The notes under the pieces were generated by a model that was not told where the DNA came from, searched no databases, and was given only the letters and a program-made list of their open reading frames with translations. A program made the translations under genes and the position numbers. From the NCBI GenBank assembly GCA_048128005.1, contig JBEUKZ010000010.1, positions 1-64,000 on the forward strand: 64,000 nucleotides of DNA, written 5' to 3'. Below are positions 8,507 to 19,700 of the stretch, one piece after another (the first letter of the stretch is position 1; every line of letters starts with the position of its first letter). Source of the stretch: Veleropilina oligotropha (taxonomy: Eukaryota).

Positions 8507-11500
8507 CAACCGCAAATCCTCGTTTCCGGTTACATTCCAGACACGTTAAGCGCACGTTGTCGCGGGTGTGGCCCCTGCTGTTGTCCACACGGTCGACACT
8601 GAACTGCTGTGTGTCCTTCGGGGAATATGCCCAGAGCAGCTCTATGTTGCATGCTGCGCAGCGGTTGTTTTGGGCCTCTCTGAGCCGCAGGATGTCGTCG
8701 ACCTTGAGGTTAAACCCCGGGAGTCCCGTTGCCTGGTCCTGGCGTTTGTACGCCACAAGCTTTTTCTGGATGGTCTTTCGGAGCTGTTGCTCGGTTTGGG
8801 GCCGGGGCTTGTCCTCAGAACCCTCATCCGGTGGACAGGTTACCCGTTCGAGCTGACGCAGCAGCTCCACCCGGGACACGGCTAGGTAGGCGAGATTACT
8901 CCACTGAAGGTAGTCGTCGATGATCCAGACTTTCTGTGGGTCGTGAATCGTAAGACCCTGGCTCGAATGGATGGTCAGGGCATAGCCCAGGCGCCAATCC
9001 GGGGTCAGGATAGCCCGCTCAGCGGCCTCAATGGTGACCTCGACGACGTCGTTCAGAACTAGCTCCTCTCTGTCGCTGGTGCCCGGAATGGTTACCATGA
9101 TGTTCTGTTTTCTGCTGTCCCTGGGGTGGTACAGGATAGGCACCATGGAGTCTGGGAAGTGCTCCTTGTGCCTCTGGAGCAACAGCTCTTGAGCCCGTTC
9201 GCGGACCTTCTGACGGCTTGTGAGGATTAGGTCGCCTGGCTTCCAGGTGTTGACGAACCGGTCCCATCCGAGGCAGCTGGGGAGGGTCCGTCGCATCTCG
9301 TCGCACTGGACTTTGTCGGGCTGGAGACGGATACGTCTTTTCAGGGCTTGGAGGGCAGGGTCGTCTTTCGCCCTGTAGTCTACTTCGATCTCTTCATAGT
9401 AGTCCGCGGTCTTTCGCAGCCAATCGTGCGGCATCTCGCCCGTAATCGGTGGTGGCTGGCCTTGATCACCACAGCAGATAACCTGCACTTCGTGGCGGCC
9501 CAGCCAGTCCAAGAACATCTCTAGGATGTGCCGGGGAACAGTACAGACCTCGTCCCAGATAATGACGCGCGGGATGAACTTCTGACCCATGCGATCAGGC
9601 GTCCAGTCGTTCTGGCCGCTCCATCGGAAGAAGCTGTGGTAGGTCTGGGCTTTGACGCCTCTGGTCCGCATCTCTTTAGCGAGGCGGTGGGTTGGTGTGA
9701 ACACGACGGGATTCCTTGCCCGAAAGAGCTCGATCGCTCTCGTAGTCTTGCCACAGCCCCCTCCACCATTGAGGTAACTCAGGCGATGGTGGGTCAGTGT
9801 GTCATTGTAGCATGGCGCGGTGCTCGGCTGGCTGGAATTGGCGGCACAACAATACTCTGGCTTGGGTAGGTATGCGGCATGTTCCTGTGGCATATACAGC
9901 TGTTCGCCCTTGTCACGCCACTGGGCTGGTGCTACTGGCGGAAGGTACGGCTCCGCGATCAGACATGAGATGCACGATTTCTCGCCACAGCCGCAGAGTC
10001 TGGGGGCAACGTACACCGTGACATCGTCGAGCTTCTCCAACGAGGCCTTCTTGAGGTAGATGCTGTCAGTGGCTACTCGGACGGCTTCTGCTGCACTGAA
10101 ACGCTGAAGCATGCTCAAGAGGTTTATGTGGGCATAGGCCAACATGGACGCCCTCAGATGGGCGTACTGAGGCTGGGAGCCATCATAGTACGTGAGGATG
10201 TGCCCCATAGGGCATCTCTGAGGAGCGCCAACCAGGGTGCCGCTTTGGCGGGTGTCTCTTACGAGGAAGTCGAGCTCACCCTGGTCGGTCACCAGTCTAC
10301 GAGTCAATCGCTTTCCGTCAGCTTTGGCGCCTTGGGTGAATTTGCCGATGATACTGCAGCCCTGGTCACGATCCGGAGGAAGCCAGACATCGGTCTGCTT
10401 TTTGAATGCGATGATGGCTTCTCGGATCTTGAGGCTTTTTAGCAGTCCAGAGTCTATGAGGAAGGCGAGCAGCGGGGTTGGTGCCCATCCATTCTCTGCA
10501 AAGTGCTTCCCGAACCATGCTACAATGACGGGGTGGATGTCTTGTGCGAACTCCCATTCCACGACCTCAGCAAACCCGGTGCCGATATCTTCGGGAAGAG
10601 GACCGTTAATTGCGACCCGGGTCATGCTGTGGGTTGGGTGCCCGAATCTTTCGAAGTACGGCTTAGCCTCGCCCTTCCCCAGAAAGCTGGCAGGGTAGCA
10701 GGCTTTCATATCGATGCAGCAGACATCGCCCGTGTCGTAATTCATGGAATTCCACAGGCCGCCGTGGCCATGCTCTACGCAGGCCTTCTGGATATCATCG
10801 AGCAGGCCCGCTGGGGTAGGTTTCCAGCCGTTGGTCTCTTTAGCCATAATGCTAGCTGCATGGTTCACGCCAAAGGCTCTCTCGGCAAGGGACTCATTCC
10901 CCAGCGCTGTACAGGCTTCCTGGAGTATCTCGTGAGTCTCTTTTGTCCTGTATGTGCGGCCGTCCTGAAGCACGAACTGGTCCACGCTGAGCTGTCGGTC
11001 TTTACCGCCTAGGAGCCAGACAGCCAATGGCTCGTTCTGTGTGGCTTGTCGGATAGCTTCCCAGACATCGCCCTCATACAGGTGGACCTCTCTACTTTGC
11101 GGGAAGTGTAGGTCCTTCGACCAGGCGTGGCCGTTGTGACAGATGAGTTCTATGGACTTCCACATACTGGCCTGGTATTTCCCACTGTTGTAGATGTCGG
11201 CACCGGCAATGTCTCTCAAGGTGATCGCCCGTTTGAGGATCTTCTCGAGGGTAGCTATATCATCCACAGTGGCGCCTGTTACATGGACTCGCTCTTCCCA
11301 CTCCAGTATTTTCTGCCGCCTTGTCGGGGTGAGTCCGTGTCCTCTAAGGGCACCTTCGAAGTGCTCAACCACTCGTTGGGCAACGCAGTTGAGGTCGCCG
11401 TTCTTCATCGGAACCAGGTTGGCGGGGTTTGGTTCTCTGAGAGGATAGACGCCGTAGACGACTGCAGTGACCGGGTAGGCATTCTCGTAGTAGACCTTGT

Positions 11501-12350
11501 CGACCCCAGTGATAGCACCCGGCTTAGTGTCCTGAGAGATCTCAAAGACACCCTGGCCCTTCTTCCTCGCAGCTTTCACCGGGTCAAACTTGTCTTCGAC
11601 CACCCAGTCACCTTCACCCCACTCACGCAAGAACTTTATTCTAAGGACATACTCGCCCTTTGGAAGGGCTGTGAGGAGCTGTGCCGCCCTTGCATCTGTC
11701 ATACGGGCATCCAGGGCCAGCCGTCCAGCCACTTCTACCCTCCATGTGGAGAAAGCCGCCGCGGCGCCATCGACCTCAAACTCGTCTTTGGCGTCGCTCA
11801 AGAGTTCCACCCATGGCTCTTTTGCTGGGAGCCTTACTGGGGGAGGGACCTGGTCATCCAGGTCGATGAATCGTTGTCCCTCGGGTGTGGTAAATTGCCC
11901 TAGAAGATCCTTCTGGTAGTCCTGGGCTGTCCGGGGCGTTTTGGAGATGAGAAGATCGGGCCCCTTCCGAGCAATAGCATGGGCAAGGGTCTCTTTCCGA
12001 GACCGCTTGACGATTCGATCCGCGATGGCGCGAAGTGGCTTCAGTCGAATCCTGGGATTTTTCTCAGCCTGGGATTCGTATTTACGAGCCTGCAGGGCGG
12101 CGTCGACCTCGTCCTTAATCTGCCGCAACTCGCGAGCACGTCGGCCTCTTTTGTGGGGGTTCTCCACATCTCCACGTATGGAGGGGAACCTTCCCGTTTT
12201 CATCGCCCGCTCGAGTCTGCTCCGAAACTCCGCAGCACGGACCCTGGCGATTGCCCTGATGAGGTCGTGCTTCTTGAGCTTCGACCGAGCGGGAATCCCA
12301 TAATCTTTCGCTAGATTGCGCAGGTCATCCATGTTGCTGGGGGGGTACAC
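8496..12350 (-). CDS. Multidomain replicase: HEH/Rho-N-like N-terminus + divergent family-B DNA polymerase + SF1B (RecD/Pif1-like) helicase + HNH-like C-terminus
   Basis: N-terminal LRNLAKDYGIPARSKLKKHDLIRAI. PolB-like motif A IDMKACYP, motif B SIIGKF, motif C VATDSIY. Helicase motifs GGGGCGKTT, FTPTH, TYHSFF, IIWDE, GDQGQPPP, YALTIHSSQGLT, YLAVSR. C-terminal CAAC...SVDRVDNSRGHTRDNVRLTCLECN. Confidence 0.85.
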   Translation of the reverse strand: MYPPSNMDDLRNLAKDYGIPARSKLKKHDLIRAIARVRAAEFRSRLERAMKTGRFPSIRGDVENPHKRGRRARELRQIKDEVDAALQARKYESQAEKNPRIRLKPLRAIADRIVKRSRKETLAHAIARKGPDLLISKTPRTAQDYQKDLLGQFTTPEGQRFIDLDDQVPPPVRLPAKEPWVELLSDAKDEFEVDGAAAAFSTWRVEVAGRLALDARMTDARAAQLLTALPKGEYVLRIKFLREWGEGDWVVEDKFDPVKAARKKGQGVFEISQDTKPGAITGVDKVYYENAYPVTAVVYGVYPLREPNPANLVPMKNGDLNCVAQRVVEHFEGALRGHGLTPTRRQKILEWEERVHVTGATVDDIATLEKILKRAITLRDIAGADIYNSGKYQASMWKSIELICHNGHAWSKDLHFPQSREVHLYEGDVWEAIRQATQNEPLAVWLLGGKDRQLSVDQFVLQDGRTYRTKETHEILQEACTALGNESLAERAFGVNHAASIMAKETNGWKPTPAGLLDDIQKACVEHGHGGLWNSMNYDTGDVCCIDMKACYPASFLGKGEAKPYFERFGHPTHSMTRVAINGPLPEDIGTGFAEVVEWEFAQDIHPVIVAWFGKHFAENGWAPTPLLAFLIDSGLLKSLKIREAIIAFKKQTDVWLPPDRDQGCSIIGKFTQGAKADGKRLTRRLVTDQGELDFLVRDTRQSGTLVGAPQRCPMGHILTYYDGSQPQYAHLRASMLAYAHINLLSMLQRFSAAEAVRVATDSIYLKKASLEKLDDVTVYVAPRLCGCGEKSCISCLIAEPYLPPVAPAQWRDKGEQLYMPQEHAAYLPKPEYCCAANSSQPSTAPCYNDTLTHHRLSYLNGGGGCGKTTRAIELFRARNPVVFTPTHRLAKEMRTRGVKAQTYHSFFRWSGQNDWTPDRMGQKFIPRVIIWDEVCTVPRHILEMFLDWLGRHEVQVICCGDQGQPPPITGEMPHDWLRKTADYYEEIEVDYRAKDDPALQALKRRIRLQPDKVQCDEMRRTLPSCLGWDRFVNTWKPGDLILTSRQKVRERAQELLLQRHKEHFPDSMVPILYHPRDSRKQNIMVTIPGTSDREELVLNDVVEVTIEAAERAILTPDWRLGYALTIHSSQGLTIHDPQKVWIIDDYLQWSNLAYLAVSRVELLRQLERVTCPPDEGSEDKPRPQTEQQLRKTIQKKLVAYKRQDQATGLPGFNLKVDDILRLREAQNNRCAACNIELLWAYSPKDTQQFSVDRVDNSRGHTRDNVRLTCLECNRKRGFAVVNA

Positions 12351-12380
12351 ACTAGGATCTTTACTTCTCTAATATGAAAT

Positions 12381-12674
12381 TTACGCGTGGTAAATTGCAG
12401 CCATGCGGAGAAACTCTCTCTCGAAGGCCCTTTTCTTTCGTTGCCAGTCCATACCGTTCTCACTCTTATACCCACAGCCCTTACACAACGTAAGCCGGTT
12501 GAAAACGCCCTTCCCGCATTTGCTGCAGGGTTTTGTGCCCCGGCCATTTCGCCGTTGCCGAGCCAGATGGACTTTGCAATACGTGTTCAGACATCTCTTA
12601 CCACATAGCTCCGTGGAGCTGATGGTGAGCCATTGACAGGTGTCCGTTCCCCACATATTGATAGCGGTTATCAT
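12381..12674 (-). CDS. Small Cys-rich (zinc-binding) viral protein
   Basis: 97 aa with C..C..C...CKVH and CSKC...CKGC clusters, directly upstream of the replicase on the same strand. Confidence 0.6.
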   Translation of the reverse strand: MITAINMWGTDTCQWLTISSTELCGKRCLNTYCKVHLARQRRNGRGTKPCSKCGKGVFNRLTLCKGCGYKSENGMDWQRKKRAFEREFLRMAAIYHA

Positions 12675-12701
12675 TGTATATACCAGTCTCTAATAGATAT
12701 T

Positions 12702-12983
12702 ATGACACTAAGATATCGAGCCCGGTGCACGGTGAGAAATAACCGGCATGTTAGACGTTGTGTAGTTATACTTGAAAGCAACATGCCACAGGAAGACATT
12801 ATTACGCTGTACAGCGAACGGAGCTTCAGGCGCGTTAAAAACCTCTTAAACCGGGGCTATAACGTTTTGATCGTTGTACTCGACAATGGTGAACAAGCGA
12901 TATATAAGAAGAACACCAAAGACGGTAGAAAGGGAGTTGCACGAAATCAAACTCACCCCCCCTGCTACTGCTCGCATAACTGA
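12702..12983 (+). CDS. Small basic hypothetical viral protein
   Basis: ATG at 12702 (alternative 12783), divergent from the Cys-rich ORF. Last ORF before the terminal repeats. Confidence 0.4.
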   Translation: MTLRYRARCTVRNNRHVRRCVVILESNMPQEDIITLYSERSFRRVKNLLNRGYNVLIVVLDNGEQAIYKKNTKDGRKGVARNQTHPPCYCSHN

Positions 12984-13079
12984 GGAGCCCGGGCCGGCGA
13001 GGGTAGTGGGCCGTCCCTGGGGGCTCTATGTCGCTGTACACACGGTAACTTTTTTGTAATACAATCCCTACCCCTGGGG

Positions 13080-13470
13080 TCTGAAATATAGCTGGGAGCC
13101 TCCACAGTGGGCCCCGGGGCCTAGTCTAAACTCCCTAGCCCTCCACAGTAATACCAGCTCAGTTCTGAAATGGCGCTGGGCGCTGTATTTTCCCATTCTA
13201 TTAGAGTCCAATCACCCTCCCTGCTGCTGAGTTGAGATCCATATTAATTCTGAAAAGTGCTGGGAGCCTTAATTTCCCTCGCCGCGCCCCCAGATAAAAG
13301 GTATGGTCACCCCCCTCGGAACAGGTGCTGGGAGCCTTATTTTCCCATTATAAAAGGTATGATCACCCCTGCTGCTGAGTTGAGATCCATATTAATTCTG
13401 AAAAGTGCTGGGAGCCTTAATTTCCCTCGCCGCACCCCCAGATAAAAGGTATGGTCACCCCCCCTGCTGC
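13080..13470. repeat. Subterminal direct repeats of the viral element
   Basis: About 96-bp near-identical copies at 13221-13316 and 13369-13465. GCTGGGAGCC motif at ~13092, 13259, 13327 and 13407. Confidence 0.85.
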
Positions 13471-14769
13471 TAGGCGACTGAATACAGATTCTGCGCTCTT
13501 GTTTACTCTAATACCGATGCAACCGTGTATCGAGATGTAGATCTGACAGCTGAACGTTAACGAATATAATTATGATGTCCCATGCCGTACGACGTAACAT
13601 CATATGATGCTACGTCGTACGACCTGAGATCATCATATACTGGGATATAGTAGTAAACCCGTCATGTACGACGCACTCTCACTAAGGCTCTCATGATCCA
13701 TATAACCGTAAATACGAATTGGCAATATTGAAGAAAGTCGGCCTATGCTAAGTTTTGGTATAAAACATCTGTTTTACGGAAGTAACAGGTACTGACACCG
13801 ACCACATGGTTGATAACATTTCGACCACATAAACGTTGGTAAAATCGATAAAAAACACAAAAGCCGGTATTATGATTACAACCGTTAGAATCTAAACTCA
13901 GTCTGCAGATAGTCAGGTTCACTATGTCTTAAAACACTGTTTCGTTTTTGTTCTTGGAGATTTGCAAACCTATATATTTTTGAAAAATGTATATCTAGGG
14001 GAGTTCAAAAACCAATGTTTGCATTTGAGGCAATTCCGTTATGGCGGCCATATTGGAATTCAAAATGGCGGCTTTGCAAAATCGTTTTTAGTCATTCTCC
14101 AGCTTGTATATTACACAAATGTATTCATTTACCAAGACAAAACAGCATCTTAACCTCCAACCTACTGAATATATCCCGTAAGGTATTAAAATTATCGCTC
14201 CCAGATATGTACGAAGTTCTTTTGTACATTTTTAATGATTGGCGGCCATTTTAAAAGCATGCAAATGGACCATTTTCACCATTCCACGCGATACAGCATA
14301 ATACAGCATGATATGAAATGTTGCAGGCTACATTGTGGCCTTTGGATCCATGCAGCTTAAACTGTTCCTTGCTATAAATGTAGGCGTACATGGTATAATG
14401 ACTTCGAGCCCCTTTAAGGAGATAGACAGCCATATTGGATTTAAAAGGTCGGCTATACAAAATCCATTTTTGTCATTCTCCAGCTTTTATAACACATAAA
14501 TGTATTTATTTACCAAGGCAAAACAGACTCTGAACAACCAAGTCATTTAATATAGCTCACTAAGTATTAATATTTTCCCCAGCGGATAAGTATGGGTACA
14601 TTTATCAATGATGGGTGGCCATTTTGAAACTTTCACATTCTATAAGATACACGAAGAACTATACCAACAAATTTATGAAATTCTGCAGGTCATATTGAGG
14701 CCTGTTGGAATATGGCTTTGTCTATTCGAAAGAAATGTCCAGTGCCTGCTCTTGTAAAAGTATGAAAGG

Positions 14770-15030
14770 AAAGGATCGATCCTTAATGTCCTATAATTCT
14801 AACCATCATTTGGTTCAAAGCAGGACATGTCCATTTTATCGCGTGAGGAAACCCCGGTCACCTGGGTAAACCCGCCCTCTCCGACCAGTCACGGACAACT
14901 GTGATTCATAACTTGAACAAATGTGTTATGTCCCTGTCGAGGTTTGAGCCCACTATTATTCGCGTTGGCAGAATCAAGTCAGTGATTTTCGGAGTCCACA
15001 ACCGATATCACATGACTGTCGAAGCGGCAT
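14770..15030 (-). mobile_element. tRNA-derived SINE copy (family also at ~23780, 50660, 59179)
   Basis: Shares caggacatgtcc...cacggacaactgtgattcataacttgaacaaat with the other copies. Confidence 0.7.
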
Positions 15031-15959
15031 GTAAAAGCATGAAATACTTAATAATCTTATTTGCATTGCAGCTCGAAGCTTTCCAGATTGACTGAATTAG
15101 AGCCACCCATGATACCATAGAGATGCATGTGTTTCTTGGGAAAATATCATAACAGACAATAACACATCCGTGTTGGGAAAGAAATATATGCGATGCGCAT
15201 TTCGAGAAGCACGTCTTGTAGCTAACACATCTATCCAGATCATAATTGTGTCCGATTTTTCATGGTTGCTATTTTCAAAGAGAAGATTACTGTTTCTTGT
15301 AGTTTGTTCCGAGGGCGAAATGTCTGGGTAGTTAGACATGATGTCATATATATTTGAAATATAGCATGGCCAGAGCCATTTGTATTTTTTCCTATCCATC
15401 GCAAAAACAGTTTCTTCAGGTATTCTGCTTCACAATGAAGCATCATGTCAGATGAATGAGATGCTGTGATGAAGGCCAGAATTGTTTCCGCTCGATGAAT
15501 GTCATTATTCATCACGAACATTGCCTGCCCAAACTTTAAAAGTATTCTGGACATCAGCAGTGGCCAAAACATGCAAGAGATTTGAACTGACGAATGTATC
15601 ATGTTTAACTCTTTTGGTTTTGCTGATCTCGAGGCTAGCTACCTCTCTTTATTTTGCGGAATCCATACAAATTTCCTTCAGATTAGGGATATATTTGAAA
15701 AATACATCAACAGACAATTTATATTCTGCAATGTATGAGTACATGCGAGCAACGTAGCGGTCGTTTACAGTGTGTGCAACTTAGAATTTGGCAGACAGCG
15801 AGGACCAGTTGCAAGAATGTTTGCTGAGTTAGCAAACAAGTCTGGATAGGTTTGGACTAAAGATGAACTCGAAAAAGTCAGAGACGTTAGTTTGTGGTAG
15901 AGCAGACGGACAGAGGGTAGAAATTTGCAAGTATTGGGATCAACCATGTGTGAAGGAGC

Positions 15960-16500
15960 GAGTGTGAGAAGGATGTTCAGGACGGAATCAATGCAAGGTG
16001 GATGAGTAGAGTGTTGAATACTAGGAGGATGCTGATCAAGTGGATAGCTAAGATTTATATGATAATGGTGGGCCGAATATGACGTATGGGGAGGCGTGCT
16101 GAGCAGTAACGAAGAGGGATCCGAGGAGAATGGGGGTGATGGGATGCGTATTCTGAGAAGAAGTTGGAAGTAACGCCGCAAGATAAAATCAGAAACGAAA
16201 AGGTGCGGAGTAGAACGAGGGTGACAAAAGGAGTGGTGCAGGATATTGTAATAAGTAAGATGAGATCGTATGGACACGTCTTGAGGATGAGTGAGGAAGA
16301 TGTGGTGACAAGAGTGTGGAGAGGGCCAGTAAGAGTATGGAGGAGTAGAGGACGTCAGCTTAAGAGTTGGGGACATGGACTGAGGTAAAGTATGGATGAT
16401 ATGGATCTGGCAGAGGGTGACGTACATGACAGAGGAATGGAAAAGGAGAATTCAGGCCGCCGACTCCTTACCACGATAAGGCGAAGGCAAATAAGATGAA
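15960..16500 (+). mobile_element. RTE-clade LINE 3' fragment (degenerate RT C-terminus)
   Basis: Peptide VTPQDKIRNEKVR...KMRSYGHVLRM...RSRGRQLKSW matches the RTE C-terminal pattern (RIRNE...LRWFGHV.R...RGRP..W). Confidence 0.7.
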
Positions 16501-18017
16501 CTTCCATCCAGGTATAGTCTATACCGGTACTAGAGTTCTCAATTAGCGCTCCATTACCCCGAAGACAAGCGATGACAGCATGCATGAAGTTTATCTTGTA
16601 TGAGAACTACGGTCTTTTTCATGTCTGGTCTGGAATCAGTAAATTAATTAAGCAACTATTTCGTAGAGGGACATTTGAAACTAGATCACATATTGGGGTG
16701 TTTTCTCCAACTGCTAGAAAGGATAGCTGGTTTGTTTGTGCGATTACTGTCCACTGGCTTGACCGTTCATGATCTAACTCTGGAAATATAGTTAAGGCGC
16801 CAATATATGTCTTATTTAACCTTTATAATTGTATATAATTAATGCTTAAAGAAAATATAAACAATCTTGAGTTATCTCCCCTTAATACCTGTTGATGCAT
16901 TAAATGCATTGTTTTCGGCAAAATACCTATTTTTAATTTGCATATTGGCTTGAACATTGACCATTATTTGGTCCTGTATGTTTTGTAGTTAATGTTGTGT
17001 TATGTAATACAAAAATTTTAGATGTATCTGCAACATTGTCTTCATAATACAGTAAATATTAAAATTCCATGTTACATCACACACTAAAAAGACCATCACA
17101 TGTCCCGTAATATGTACATTATTCAGACAGATGATTCTGTGATATGTTTTCATCATGATAATATGCATTTAAACTCTAAAAGTAAATTATTTGTTGATAT
17201 TGTGGCTGTATTATGCTATATAAATTATTCCAAATGGCGGCCATTTTGAATTTCAAAATGGCCGCCAATAACGGCAACGGTTCAAATGCAAACATTGGTT
17301 TTCAAAATCTGTTGGTTATAGTGTTTCCAAAAACGTATAGGTTTGCAAATCTCCAAAAAATCAAAACGAAAGTACATAACACACTAGACTAAGAGGGCGA
17401 TTCGAGTTATGTCCCTTATCATAGAAATCGCGTAGAAGCTATAAACCTTCAAATGAACTCTCGTGCCCGTGGAGCCATCATTTGTCATATAAATAAATCG
17501 CAAGTGCCTGTTTAAAGATAGAAATTATAAACGACATCGTTAAAGATGTGTTTTACCTAGATCACTGGATTTAAAAGTCAACAGCATATACGATTCTGCA
17601 TATATAGGCCGACATACGTCGGCCAGATCTGCTCCATGCATTTAGACCAGCTACAGCCTGCAGGAATAGAAGGCTTAATACGTTTTATGATTGCACTATG
17701 TACGGCAGGCCTACATCATTGCGGAAACGTATTGCACACTCATTTTGTGCTTATTTTAGGAGCCGTAATGGCTTAAATTATTGCCAAAAGCGGTCGTAAA
17801 TAAAGTTGCCAAATCAAACCTCTTATCCAAAACTCAAAAGGCCGATATAAACCCAAATTCAGCTTAAATGAGACAGAATAAAACAGAACTATTCAAACCG
17901 GACATAAACCCAAGCACTATATGCAGATTCGAGTCTGGAATAATATTCTGAATTCTAGTCGTTTTCTCCAAAATGGATCGTAGATGATTAATTATCTAAC
18001 GGCAATAATATTATTTA

Positions 18018-18428
18018 TCTTGAATTCGCCGCAAATCCTCTTTTCTGATTGGCTGACATCATTTTGTTAACTGACCGTAAACACCGCTCAGCCGTTGTTT
18101 ATGGATTCTTAACCAACGGTGACGCCAATCCTCTGTTCTAATTGGCTAACTGGCCGTCAAGGGAAATAACTCGGCCTTACTGAAGTCGTTGATTCCTTTG
18201 CAAATGGCTGCCATCATAACATACTTGTGTTATGAACCAAATCGGGACTCTGTTAATCAAGCCTCACGGTAAGAAATCAAGATCAATACGTTGTTGAACA
18301 ACGTCTTGGTAAATACGTTGGATTGAATACCTCATAACGTTAAACCGCTCGGCGCTAGCGCCTCGTGGTTTAACTTGATTCGGTATTCAATCCACCGTAT
18401 TCACCGCGACGTCGTCCGACAACTTATA
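18018..18428 (+). repeat. Hairpin-ended non-autonomous element (family A)
   Basis: Short subterminal inverted repeat (tcttgaattc / gaaatcaaga), CTGATTGG motifs and a ~135-bp terminal palindrome at 18290-18423. Homologous to the copies at 27339/36112 and 36283. Confidence 0.75.
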
Positions 18429-19700
18429 GTGGCGTATAAATAGGCACGACTAAAACGGGAATGTCCCACAATGCTTTTGGTCGGTATTTCGGTTACCACC
18501 ATTCGAATATTATTAGATTGCAGCAACGGCAAACGAATGAGGCCAAGGACAGTACAATGTACGTCAGGACGGTCTTGAGTGATGCCAGTGAAGCAAGGAT
18601 CGCGCTCTGCTCTGCATGATTAACCAACCATGTGTGGCAAGTAGGCTACCTTTTATAAGAAAATCGGGATTCAGCACAGGCTGTTTTCTTCAGGCACATT
18701 GGGAAATCGATTCAGATCTGCATGTCTGAGATAAATGGGATGATCTGGCGTCTTATGCTGAGATATATTCATCACAGTAACCTCTTGTCATGGTGATTGG
18801 TAAGACTTGATTGAAACTTGGGGAGACGGAGAAAGATCCACTGGAGGCATGAAAGTATGATCTTATTGCGCGTCACAGAAGGGTCTGTAGACATCGAAAC
18901 AAGGCATGCGCACAGGAAAATTCGTCCCACACTCTCCTTCGATATATGGGATCGGTCACGATCTGAGTTTAGACCTTGGCCCACGACCGCATCTTGGACA
19001 CGCTGCTGTGAAGGGGATTCCAACGGCTGAGTTATACAGGTGTGGTATCCTGAATCCGATAGTGGCAGAGTATCTTGATAATCACCCATGCACTGGTTAC
19101 CAGGCCCGTCTACACGGACAATATTGTGAGATCACACCGGGCTTGAGCAGTGACACACTTTCTGCAGTATAGAACGTCATCACGATCCTCCTTGGCTCAC
19201 CATGATTCCAGAACACCAGCATCTGGAGCACGTCTGCCACATCTTTGGCCACAAATCCATACAGAGACTGGACCCATCATGCAGTAACCAATTTGCGCCG
19301 AAAATGCAAACTCTACCACATGGCCGTATCACGAGAGGAAACCTGGTGTAACGTAGAATTTGGTCCCCCGTAGAAAAGTGTACCTTGGAACAAAATTATA
19401 CGTATAGAAAAGAATACCAAAACTCCGTTGTATTATGTCCTACCTTGGTACCATTTTCTGCGATGGTTAGGTGGAAAACGGTCCCCCGTAGAAAAATGTA
19501 CCAACTAAATAGACAACTACTTAAAATCCATTTGCTTAGAAAATTTTATCATCTAAAAAAGACCGAATTTACTTAGATTGGTCTTCTGGAAAACTGATTG
19601 ACTAAAACGTAGAAGAAACGTACAAACAAATAGTCATTTGCAATGCACACAAACTTCTTATACAAGTAATTATACGATACTGACCATACAGTGCATGATA

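Larger units (their letters stand above)
1..13683. mobile_element. Endogenous Polinton-like virus / Maverick-type element (right part; left end lies outside the window, right end approximate)
   Basis: Tightly packed intronless ORFs, visibly more GC-rich than the flanking host DNA. Encodes major and minor capsid proteins, A32-like ATPase, rve integrase and a PolB-helicase. A repeat-rich non-coding end (13050-13680) is followed by AT-rich host repeats. Confidence 0.9.
13925..17391 (-). mobile_element. Degenerate TIR DNA transposon remnant (Academ-like), with nested SINE and RTE fragments
   Basis: Inverted copies at ~13941-14070 and ~17240-17370, right end ...CTAGACTA. Frameshifted minus-strand peptide ILAFITASHSSDMMLH...LFLR/MDRKKYKWLWPCYI at ~15100-15600 resembles Academ-type transposases. 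Confidence 0.4.

Noticed and set aside
8557..12314. Many plus-strand ORFs (up to 258 aa) antisense to the replicase
   Set aside because: Expected shadow ORFs in GC-rich coding DNA, with no motifs.
15765..16427. 220-aa minus-strand ORF
   Set aside because: Low-complexity antisense reading of a purine-rich RTE LINE fragment.
18480..19340. GC-richer stretch that might be a decayed retroelement or transposase
   Set aside because: Only a weak VYTDN-like hint and no continuous frame, so I cannot assign it.
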